Below are positions 8,919-16,346 of a DNA stretch of 24,000 nt, in pieces. The translations under genes and the position numbers were made by a program. The notes beneath the pieces are model-generated. The model saw only the letters and a program-made list of their open reading frames with translations, made no database searches and was not told the origin of the DNA. This stretch comes from Carnobacteriaceae bacterium zg-84. GTDB lineage: Bacteria > Bacillota > Bacilli > Lactobacillales > Aerococcaceae. The stretch lies in assembly GCA_013874835.1 (NCBI GenBank), contig CP059430.1, positions 552,864 to 576,863 of the forward strand, read 5' to 3'. Within the stretch, counting starts at the first letter, position 1, and each line of letters starts with the position of its first letter.

Positions 8919-8976
8919 AAAGGATTGAACAATCAACATAAAAGGGATTTGAACCTGTTCAATCCTTTTATGTTGA
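8919..8976 (+). promoter_or_regulatory. Intercistronic RNA element with two mutually exclusive 13-bp helices between ulaB and ulaC.
   Basis: Helix A is AAAGGATTGAACA (8919-8931) / TGTTCAATCCTTT (8956-8968). Helix B is TCAACATAAAAGG (8933-8945) / CCTTTTATGTTGA (8964-8976). The two share 8964-8968. Neither is followed by a clear U-tract, and the ulaC Shine-Dalgarno sequence (8982-8988) is left free. Confidence 0.45.
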
Positions 8977-8994
8977 ATGATAAGGAGGACAACA

Positions 8995-9480
8995 ATGAAT
9001 TTAAAACAAGCATTACTTGATAATCAGTCAGTTTGTTTAGGTTTAAGTGCAACAACATGGGAGGAAGCAGTCAAATTAGCTGTTTTACCGCTCATTGCTA
9101 GTCAAGCTGTTGAAGAACAATATTATGATGCCATTATTGAATCAACAAATGAATATGGACCATATTATATTTTAATGCCCGGTATGGCAATGCCTCATGC
9201 AAGACCAGAAGCAGGTGTGAATAAGGATGCTTTTTCATTGATAACTTTAAAAGAACCCGTGACTTTCTCTGACGGAAAAGAAGTGAGTGTTTTAATTGCT
9301 TTAGCAGCAACCAGTTCAAAAATACATACAAGTGTTGCCATTCCACAGATTATTGCATTATTAGAGCTAGAAAATTCGATTGCACGTTTATTGGCGTGTC
9401 AATCTGCTCAAGATGTCTATGATTTGATTGATGAGTCAAAAGATAGTCCGTATTTAGAGGGGTTAAACTTAGAAGAATAG
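8995..9480 (+). CDS. ulaC: PTS ascorbate-specific EIIA component.
   Basis: '...YILMPGMAMPHARPEAGV...' contains the conserved phospho-His region of EIIA(Mtl/Asc)-type domains. The ATG at 8995 is preceded by AAGGAGG (8982-8988); the track start at 8977 is an upstream extension. Confidence 0.88.
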   Translation: MNLKQALLDNQSVCLGLSATTWEEAVKLAVLPLIASQAVEEQYYDAIIESTNEYGPYYILMPGMAMPHARPEAGVNKDAFSLITLKEPVTFSDGKEVSVLIALAATSSKIHTSVAIPQIIALLELENSIARLLACQSAQDVYDLIDESKDSPYLEGLNLEE

Positions 9481-9491
9481 GAGCGTACACG

Positions 9492-10160
9492 ATGACAAAA
9501 CATATACCAAATTTACAAGTTGCCTTAGATCATTCTGATTTAACAGGAGCAATTACTGCTGCCGTATCAGTTGGACAAGAGGTAGATATTATTGAAGCAG
9601 GAACAGTGTGCTTATTACAAGTCGGTAGTGAATTGGTTCAAGTTTTACGAAACTTATTTCCAGATAAAATTATTGTAGCCGATACAAAATGTGCAGATGC
9701 AGGAGGAACTGTTGCAAAAAATAATGCAGTTCGTGGAGCAGATTGGATGACATGTATTTGTTCAGCAACCATTCCAACGATGCAAGCAGCAGACAAAGCA
9801 ATCAAAAAAGAACGTGGTGATAGAGGAGAAATTCAAGTTGAGCTATATGGTGATTGGACTTATGAGCAAGCACAAATGTGGTTAGACGCAGGAATTAGTC
9901 AAGCTATTTATCATCAAAGTAGAGATGCTCTTTTAGCCGGAGAAACATGGGGAGAAAAAGATTTATCTAAAGTGAAAAAATTGATTGATATGGGATTTAG
10001 AGTATCTGTTACAGGTGGACTAAACATTGATACATTAGCTTTATTCAAAGGTGTTGATGTGTATACATTTATTGCAGGTCGAGGGATTACAGAAGCTGAA
10101 AATCCTGCTCAAGCAGCACGAGCATTTAAAGATGAAATTAGACGTATTTGGGGTGAGTAG
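9492..10160 (+). CDS. ulaD: 3-keto-L-gulonate-6-phosphate decarboxylase (OMP-decarboxylase suprafamily).
   Basis: 'LQVALDHSDL...IIEAGT...VADTKCADAG' is typical of UlaD/SgbH/HPS-like enzymes. Length is 222 aa, in the ula context. Confidence 0.9.
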   Translation: MTKHIPNLQVALDHSDLTGAITAAVSVGQEVDIIEAGTVCLLQVGSELVQVLRNLFPDKIIVADTKCADAGGTVAKNNAVRGADWMTCICSATIPTMQAADKAIKKERGDRGEIQVELYGDWTYEQAQMWLDAGISQAIYHQSRDALLAGETWGEKDLSKVKKLIDMGFRVSVTGGLNIDTLALFKGVDVYTFIAGRGITEAENPAQAARAFKDEIRRIWGE

Positions 10161-10161
10161 T

Positions 10162-11025
10162 ATGAAACGTCCAATCGGTCTTTATGAAAAAGCAACACCT
10201 AAGCAGATGACCTGGCCAGAAAGATTATTATTTGCCAAAGAATTAGGTTTTGATTTTGTCGAAATGTCTATTGATGAAACAGATGCACGTTTATCACGTT
10301 TAGATTGGACAAAAGAGGAACGGTTAGATATTGTTAAAGCCATTTATGAAACAGGAGTACGCATTCCAAGTATTTGTTTTAGTGGACATCGTCGTTATCC
10401 ATTGGGTTCTAGTGATGCTTCAATAGAAGAAAAATCATTAGTGTTAATGCAAAAATGTATTGAGTTGGCACAAGATTTAGGTGTTCGTGTCATTCAATTA
10501 GCCGGATATGATGTGTATTATGAAGAAAAATCTCCTGAAACACGACGTCGGTTTATGAAAAATTTAAGAAAAGCGTGTGATTGGGCAGAGCAATGTCAAG
10601 TGATTTTAGCTATCGAAATTATGGATGATATGTTCATCAATAGTATTGAAAAATATTTAGCGATTGAAAAAGAAATCAACTCTCCTTATCTATTTGTGTA
10701 TCCTGATACAGGCAATGTTTCTGCATGGCATAATGATTTGTATAGTGAATTTTATTTAGGGCATAAATCAATTGCCGCAATGCATTTAAAAGATACATAC
10801 GCCGTTACAGAAACACAAAAAGGACAATTTCGAGATGTACCATTTGGCAAAGGATGTGTTGATTGGGAAGAATGCTTCCGTGTGTTGAAAGAAACTAATT
10901 ATCAAGGTGCGTTTTTAATTGAAATGTGGTCTGAAAATTGTAAGACAGTCGAAGAAACAAAAGCTGCCATTCAAGAAGCTCAAGCCTTTTTATATCCATT
11001 ATTAGAGAAAGCGGGGTTACGATAA
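10162..11025 (+). CDS. ulaE: L-ribulose-5-phosphate 3-epimerase (L-xylulose-5-P 3-epimerase).
   Basis: 'MKRPIGLYEKA...WPERLLFAKELGFDFVEMSIDE' is typical of UlaE/SgbU. The ATG at 10162 directly follows the ulaD stop. The track start at 10051 would overlap ulaD by 110 nt. Confidence 0.9.
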   Translation: MKRPIGLYEKATPKQMTWPERLLFAKELGFDFVEMSIDETDARLSRLDWTKEERLDIVKAIYETGVRIPSICFSGHRRYPLGSSDASIEEKSLVLMQKCIELAQDLGVRVIQLAGYDVYYEEKSPETRRRFMKNLRKACDWAEQCQVILAIEIMDDMFINSIEKYLAIEKEINSPYLFVYPDTGNVSAWHNDLYSEFYLGHKSIAAMHLKDTYAVTETQKGQFRDVPFGKGCVDWEECFRVLKETNYQGAFLIEMWSENCKTVEETKAAIQEAQAFLYPLLEKAGLR

Positions 11026-11720
11026 TGCTAGAAAATCTAAGAGAACGTGTCTATCAAGCTAATTGTGATTTGCCTAAGCATAAATTAGTGAAATTTACAT
11101 GGGGAAATGTGAGTGCCATTGATAGAGAAACGGGTTTAGTCGTTATTAAACCAAGTGGTGTTGACTATGAAAAACTATCTCCTGAAAATATGGTGATTAC
11201 CGATTTAAATGGTAATATTGTTGAGGGTACATTACGTCCATCATCCGATTTAAAAACACATCTTGAGATATATAAAGCATTTCATGAAGTGGGCGGTATC
11301 GTACATACACATTCTAGCCAAGCAGTTGCGTGGGCTCAAGCAGGACGAGATATTCCTTTCTACGGAACAACACATGCTGATTACTTTTACGGTTCAATTC
11401 CTTGTGCAAGATCACTCACAGCAGAAGAAATCAATGGGGATTATGAAAAGTCAACAGGAGATGTCATTATTGAAACATTTCATCATAGACACATAAATCC
11501 AATGGCGGTTCCCGGAGTAATTGTTAGAAATCATGGTCCTTTTACATGGGGTAAAACACCAGAAGAGGCTGTTTATCACAGCGTTGTTTTAGAAGAAGTG
11601 GCCGACATGGCAAAAAACACAGAATTACTTTGCCCTAATGTTGAACAAGCACCACAAGTGCTAATGGATAAACACTATTTGCGTAAACACGGTAAAAATG
11701 CTTATTATGGACAAAAGTAA
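11025..11720 (+). CDS. ulaF: L-ribulose-5-phosphate 4-epimerase (class II aldolase fold).
   Basis: 'GNVSAIDRETGLVVIKPSGVDYE...VHTHS...THADYF' is typical of AraD/UlaF. The start overlaps the ulaE stop (TAATG). Confidence 0.9.
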   Translation: MLENLRERVYQANCDLPKHKLVKFTWGNVSAIDRETGLVVIKPSGVDYEKLSPENMVITDLNGNIVEGTLRPSSDLKTHLEIYKAFHEVGGIVHTHSSQAVAWAQAGRDIPFYGTTHADYFYGSIPCARSLTAEEINGDYEKSTGDVIIETFHHRHINPMAVPGVIVRNHGPFTWGKTPEEAVYHSVVLEEVADMAKNTELLCPNVEQAPQVLMDKHYLRKHGKNAYYGQK

Positions 11721-11800
11721 AGAAAAGATAGAGCTACCATCAAAATGAAAATATGGGAAACTAACCGTTCGTATAAATGTAAATAAATATTCCTAAATAG

Positions 11801-11850
11801 AAAACGACTTGAAATCAACTCGTTGAACTTGTTGATTTCAAGTCGTTTTT
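11801..11850 (+). terminator. Strong rho-independent terminator ending the ula operon; symmetric A/T flanks make it potentially bidirectional.
   Basis: Perfect 19-bp stem AAAACGACTTGAAATCAAC (11801-11819) / GTTGATTTCAAGTCGTTTT (11831-11849) with an 11-nt loop and a T-run. Confidence 0.9.
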
Positions 11851-11867
11851 AGGTGACTTTATAATAA

Positions 11868-11907
11868 ATCGTGTTGGTGGAAATAATCCACCAACACGAT
11901 TTGTTAT
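11868..11907 (+). terminator. Second, tandem terminator-like hairpin.
   Basis: Perfect 13-bp stem ATCGTGTTGGTGG (11868-11880) / CCACCAACACGAT (11888-11900) with a 7-nt loop, then TTGTTAT (a weak U-tract). Confidence 0.5.
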
Positions 11908-12117
11908 AGAGCCATCAACACCAAATAGTATAGAGTGATAATTTGTCGAATAGTCATTTAAAAAGATATTGGCATTTAGGACAGTTCTATTTTTGTAGTT
12001 CGTTATAGATAGATTGCCTTATCTATTATTTGTTTAGTGGGATGTAACGAAGAATTGCTTTTATTATAGATAAAACATTCTGAAAGCATTATAATATTTA
12101 ATATAAGAGGTGATAAT

Positions 12118-13002
12118 ATGCAAGAACATATAACAGAAACAAGATTACAAGAAAGTATGGCATTGGATACAATGTCTATTTCCGAAATTACCACACTTAT
12201 CAATCAAGAAGATGATAAAGTTGCTCGATGTGTGAAAGAGGCGTTACCAAGTATCAATCAGTTGATTGAAATGGTCGTTACTATATTAAGCAATCAAGGA
12301 AGACTTATTTATATTGGTGCAGGAACAAGTGGTAGATTAAGTATATTAGATGCAAGTGAATGTGTTCCGACCTTTAATGCACCTTGTGAAATGATTCAAG
12401 GAATTATTGCTGGAGGATCAAGTGCAATAACACAAGCAGTAGAAGGTGCAGAAGATGATACCGAACAAGCCGTTCTTGATTTAAAAGCTATTTCTTTTTG
12501 TGAAAAAGATATATTGATTGGCGTAGCAGCTAGTGGTAATACACCCTATGTTGTGAGTGCATTAGAATATGCGCATTCAATAGGTGCTAAAACAGGTGCG
12601 ATTGTATGTAATAAACATTCAAAAATGTCTGCTCTAGCAGATTATCCAGTTGAAGTTTTTGTTGGCTCAGAAGTGTTGACTGGTTCAACAAGAATGAAAG
12701 CAGGAACTGCACAGAAAATGATTTTAAATATGATTTCAACAACAGCGATGATAAAATTAGGAAAAGTGTATCAAAATCTGATGATAGACGTTGTGGCAAG
12801 TAATGAAAAATTGTACAAAAGAGCTATTTCAATTATTCAAGAAGCAACAGGTTGTACAAAAATAATGGCGGAAAAAACATTTTTATTGGCTAATAAGCGA
12901 ACAAAAGTAGCAGTTGTCATGATTTTATTTAGTGTATCAAGTCAAAAAGCAGAAGAATTACTCTCTCAATATAAAGGATTTATTCGTGAAATTGTTGATT
13001 GA
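12118..13002 (+). CDS. murQ: N-acetylmuramic acid 6-phosphate etherase (SIS domain).
   Basis: 'GRLIYIGAGTSGRLSILDASECVPTF', 'IAGG..A......EGAEDD', 'GVAASGNTPYV', 'LTGSTRMKAGTAQKMILNMISTT' and 'GKVYQNLMIDV' match conserved MurQ blocks. AAGAGGTGA lies upstream of the ATG. Confidence 0.92.
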   Translation: MQEHITETRLQESMALDTMSISEITTLINQEDDKVARCVKEALPSINQLIEMVVTILSNQGRLIYIGAGTSGRLSILDASECVPTFNAPCEMIQGIIAGGSSAITQAVEGAEDDTEQAVLDLKAISFCEKDILIGVAASGNTPYVVSALEYAHSIGAKTGAIVCNKHSKMSALADYPVEVFVGSEVLTGSTRMKAGTAQKMILNMISTTAMIKLGKVYQNLMIDVVASNEKLYKRAISIIQEATGCTKIMAEKTFLLANKRTKVAVVMILFSVSSQKAEELLSQYKGFIREIVD

Positions 13003-13031
13003 CAACAGTGCACACTCACGAGAAGAAAAGG

Positions 13032-13060
13032 TTTACATTTTAGAGAGTATATATTATAAT
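13032..13060 (+). promoter_or_regulatory. Near-consensus sigma-A promoter for the downstream ten-gene operon.
   Basis: TTTACA (13032-13037), an exact 17-nt spacer, then TATAAT (13055-13060). The predicted transcription start near 13067 gives a leader of about 200 nt before the ATG at 13268. Confidence 0.7.
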
Positions 13061-13107
13061 GTTGGTAATTGAAGATAGGTAACGTTTTCATCTTTGTATC
13101 TTTATGA

Positions 13108-13141
13108 TTTTTCAATGTACAAAAAAATGTATATTGAAAAA
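13108..13141. promoter_or_regulatory. 14-bp inverted repeat in the operon leader: candidate operator, or an RNA hairpin.
   Basis: TTTTTCAATGTACA (13108-13121), spacer AAAAAA, then TGTATATTGAAAAA (13128-13141). That gives 13 Watson-Crick pairs and one G:T position. It contains GT..AC cores like those in GntR-family operators, and the operon encodes a GntR-type HTH protein (YhfZ-like). No U-tract follows, so it is not a classical terminator. Confidence 0.4.
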
Positions 13142-13267
13142 ATAAAATAAACGAAAGAGAGGCTCGTATTTGGAAAGGGTATAGAGAATATCAAATACCT
13201 ATATCAATTAGCTGGTAACAATGGAACAAATCACAATGATTAGGACAATAATGAAAGGGAGATACTT

Positions 13268-14638
13268 ATGAGAAAAACACTCACATTATTTTGTAGCGTT
13301 GCATTATTGAGTTTTGGATTGAGTGCTTGTACCCAAACACCAACAAAGGACACAATGACTAAGCCAGATACATCAACAACAGTTACAATGGCTAAACCAA
13401 ATGAGAATTTAGCATTGGAAAAATCTATAGATGGAATTGCTTATACTTATGTTCGTAGTCAGTTAGCAAAAGATAATCCAAAAGCTGTTCCAGGTGCTCA
13501 AATTGCCATTATGAAGGACGGACAATTAGTGTTTAATAAATCCTACGGTGTGATACAAGCATTTGATTTTGCGAATAATCCACCTACTAAGGTAGAAAAG
13601 CCAATAGCTGTGACGAATGATACATTATTTGACTTAGCATCCGTGACAAAAATAAGTGCAACAACCCAAGCTATGATGCATCTTGTTTATGAAGGGAAAA
13701 TAAAATTAGATGATAAAGTAGCGACTTATTTACCAGACTTTGCTAAAAACGGTAAAGAAAATGTGACAATAGGACAATTATTAAGTCATACATCTGGGCT
13801 ACCACAATGGAAAGCCATTTATTTATATGCCAATACACGTGAAAAAGCGTTAGAATATATTGAAAATCAACCATTGATGTTTGAAACAGGCACATATAAA
13901 TATAGTGACTTAGGTTTTATGACATTGGCATTTGTTATTGAAAAAATAACAAATCAACCTTTTGATACTTATGTTGAAAAAACAATTTATGAGCCACTTG
14001 GTTTAAAACATACAATGTTTAATCCGTTGTCAAAAAATATTGATAAAAATCAAATTGCTGTAACATCATACGGAAATCCTTATGAATTAAGAATGATAGA
14101 TGAAGTGAACTATCCTAATTTTGGATATGATATGAGTGAAGATAAAGATGCATTTGATAAGTTTATGAATTGGCGTCAAGTGGAATTACAAGGTGAAGTA
14201 AATGACGGAAATGCTGGTATGGCAAATGAAGGAATCGCAGGACATGCAGGGCTATTTTCAACAGCTTCAGATTTAGCTAAATTATATCAAGTTTTATTAG
14301 ATAAAGGAAAAAGTGGACAAACAGTTTTATATGATGAAACAGTGTTAAATGCCTTTTTAGAAGATGTTCATACAGAAAAAAGTGGTACAGTTCAAGCATA
14401 TGGTTTTATCAAACATAATGCATGGTTAAAAGAATTATCTGATGACGCTTTAGGACATAATGGATTTACAGGTACATACGTGACAATTTCTCCAAAAGAA
14501 AATATTGTTATTATTTTATTGACAAATAAAATGAATAATGGACAAAAAGAAAACGGAGCCTATAATGTCATCAATGATTTTGCTGCATCTGTAAACTATA
14601 CTGTAAAAAATATTTATCTAGAAAAAATGGAGAAATAA
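13268..14638 (+). CDS. Exported lipoprotein of the beta-lactamase/PBP-fold serine hydrolase family (AmiE/YbbE-like, D-aminopeptidase/esterase-like).
   Basis: The signal peptide has the lipobox 'FGLSAC' (Cys21). Motifs present are SxxK 'SVTK', the Y-x-N-equivalent 'YSD', and 'GHNGFTG' in place of KTG. The 456-aa length is comparable to the beta-lactamase-fold MurNAc-L-Ala amidase AmiE of B. subtilis. The AmiE assignment itself is inference from fold family and the murQ neighbour. Confidence 0.75.
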   Translation: MRKTLTLFCSVALLSFGLSACTQTPTKDTMTKPDTSTTVTMAKPNENLALEKSIDGIAYTYVRSQLAKDNPKAVPGAQIAIMKDGQLVFNKSYGVIQAFDFANNPPTKVEKPIAVTNDTLFDLASVTKISATTQAMMHLVYEGKIKLDDKVATYLPDFAKNGKENVTIGQLLSHTSGLPQWKAIYLYANTREKALEYIENQPLMFETGTYKYSDLGFMTLAFVIEKITNQPFDTYVEKTIYEPLGLKHTMFNPLSKNIDKNQIAVTSYGNPYELRMIDEVNYPNFGYDMSEDKDAFDKFMNWRQVELQGEVNDGNAGMANEGIAGHAGLFSTASDLAKLYQVLLDKGKSGQTVLYDETVLNAFLEDVHTEKSGTVQAYGFIKHNAWLKELSDDALGHNGFTGTYVTISPKENIVIILLTNKMNNGQKENGAYNVINDFAASVNYTVKNIYLEKMEK

Positions 14639-14639
14639 A

Positions 14640-15002
14640 ATGAAAAAAATTGTTATTGGTGGGCAAATTGATAAAGAAGAAGTGAAGCAACTAGTTGAAG
14701 CGTATGGAGAAAATCGATACGATATTTCAATTAAAAATGATTTAGATGCTGCAATGGCAGTAAAAACAGGAGCAGCAGATTACTACATTGGAGCATGTAA
14801 TACAGGTGGTGGCGGTGCCTTAGCAATGGCTTTAGCTTTATTAGGTAGACAAGAATGTGTCACTATCTCTATGCCCGGTCACGTTATGAGTGATGAAGAG
14901 ATTATAGAAAATGTTAAAAGTGGTAAAAAAGCATTTGGCTTTACAGCACAACATAAAGAAATCGTTATTCCAATCATTATGAAAGCATTAAATGAACAAT
15001 AA
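14640..15002 (+). CDS. yhfU: YhfU-like small soluble protein (DUF2620 family).
   Basis: The 120-aa length and the motif 'GAADYYIGACNTGGGGALAMALALLG' match my recollection of E. coli YhfU. The ATG lies 1 nt after the upstream stop, with GGAGA 6 nt upstream. Confidence 0.75.
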   Translation: MKKIVIGGQIDKEEVKQLVEAYGENRYDISIKNDLDAAMAVKTGAADYYIGACNTGGGGALAMALALLGRQECVTISMPGHVMSDEEIIENVKSGKKAFGFTAQHKEIVIPIIMKALNEQ

Positions 15003-15017
15003 TAAGGGAGAATAAAT

Positions 15018-16334
15018 ATGGAAACATCAAAAATTTTAGAATTAGTCGTAATTGCCTTATTAGGTGGATTATGTGCCATTTTATCAAATAAAGGTATTGC
15101 CGTTTTTAATGACGGATTAAGACCTATTTTACCAGAATTTTTAGAAGGTAAAATTGGGAAGAAAGAACTTGCGGCAACAAGTTTTGCATTAAGTTTTGGT
15201 TTAGTTATTGGATTTGGTATTCCAGTATCTATCGGGGCATCTATTATTTTAGTACATAGTATTTTATTGATGACAGACATTATCGGTTCATGGGCACCAG
15301 AAGGAAAACTTGGTTTAGCCTTATCTGGTGGTGTTGGAGCAATCTATGGTATTGGTCTTGTTTTAGGATTGCAAAAAGTCGTTGATTTATTCGCTATGTT
15401 ACCTGTGAATTTCATGCCGTCATTATCAGTTGTTGGAGCACCAATTATTGTTGCATTCAGTATTTTCCCAGCGATTGCTATTGCAAGCCAACATGGTATG
15501 AAAAAAGGTGCAGTGGCATTAGGTGCAACATTATTAACACTTGTTTTTGTAAAACGTTTTGGAACAATCACATTAGACAATGGAACAGCTATTAAATTAA
15601 GTGCAGAAGGTATGTCATTATTAGTTGGTATGATTTTTATGATTATTTTTGCCATGATGGTAAAAAGCGATGGTACAGAATCAAACCAAGCATTAGTTAG
15701 TGTCTTTTTAGAACGTGTGAATCGCATTAAGAAAAATTGGTTATGGTTAGCATTAACAGGCGGATTAGTTGCTGCAGCAACAAGTTTATTGATTATTGCA
15801 GGAGATCCAATTTCATTAAACTTATTAAAAGATGCGAAATTTAATGAAGCAGCATTAGCAGCATTTGCGCGTGGTATTGGTTTTATTCCACTTGTTTTCT
15901 CAACAGCAATTGTGACAGGTGTGTACAGTCCAGCGGGAACAACATTTGCGTTTGTTGCAGGTATTGCTTTACATGGTAATCCAGCTGTTGCCTTTGTTTT
16001 AGGTGCTTTGTTAATGTTTGTTGAAGTTCAATTATTATCTTTAGTAGCAAAAGCATTAGATAAATTCCCAGGTATTCGTGACATGGGTGAACATATTCGT
16101 ACAGCGATGAATAAAGTGTTAGAAATAGCTTTATTAGTCGGAGGTGCTATGGCGTGTGAACAAATTGCTCCTGGAATTGGTTATTTCTGGGTAATCGGGT
16201 TACTATTGTTAAACAGAAAAGCGAAAAAACCAGTTGTTGAATTGGCAGTAGGACCAATGGCAACGATTAGTTTAGGTATTATCGTAAATATTTTATATTT
16301 GATTGGTTTATTTATCCCAGTCGTTGCTAAGTAA
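15018..16334 (+). CDS. yhfT: YhfT-like polytopic membrane protein (putative transporter).
   Basis: A 438-aa (E. coli YhfT is about 434 aa), very hydrophobic Gly/Ala/Ile/Leu-rich multi-pass protein. It is adjacent to the yhfU-like and php genes, as in E. coli. Confidence 0.7.
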   Translation: METSKILELVVIALLGGLCAILSNKGIAVFNDGLRPILPEFLEGKIGKKELAATSFALSFGLVIGFGIPVSIGASIILVHSILLMTDIIGSWAPEGKLGLALSGGVGAIYGIGLVLGLQKVVDLFAMLPVNFMPSLSVVGAPIIVAFSIFPAIAIASQHGMKKGAVALGATLLTLVFVKRFGTITLDNGTAIKLSAEGMSLLVGMIFMIIFAMMVKSDGTESNQALVSVFLERVNRIKKNWLWLALTGGLVAAATSLLIIAGDPISLNLLKDAKFNEAALAAFARGIGFIPLVFSTAIVTGVYSPAGTTFAFVAGIALHGNPAVAFVLGALLMFVEVQLLSLVAKALDKFPGIRDMGEHIRTAMNKVLEIALLVGGAMACEQIAPGIGYFWVIGLLLLNRKAKKPVVELAVGPMATISLGIIVNILYLIGLFIPVVAK

Positions 16335-16346
16335 TGAGGTGTTTCT

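Noticed and set aside
8614-10161. Upstream-extended starts in the track for ulaB (8614), ulaC (8977) and ulaE (10051). The yhfY-like ORF start at 19217, outside this interval, is the same kind of case.
   Set aside because: Each internal ATG (8629, 8995, 10162, 19265) has a proper Shine-Dalgarno sequence and matches the family N-terminus. The extensions overlap the preceding gene or a structured spacer.
11745-11786. A 13-codon ORF (MKIWETNRSYKCK) just downstream of ulaF.
   Set aside because: It has no Shine-Dalgarno sequence, is very short, and sits in the 3' UTR upstream of the terminator. It is most likely a chance ORF.
12080-12095. cre-like (CcpA) sequence TGAAAGCATTATAA overlapping the murQ -10 region.
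   Set aside because: It lacks the central CG and the 3' C of the cre consensus (WTGNAANCGNWNNCW). The match is too weak to call without a scoring matrix.
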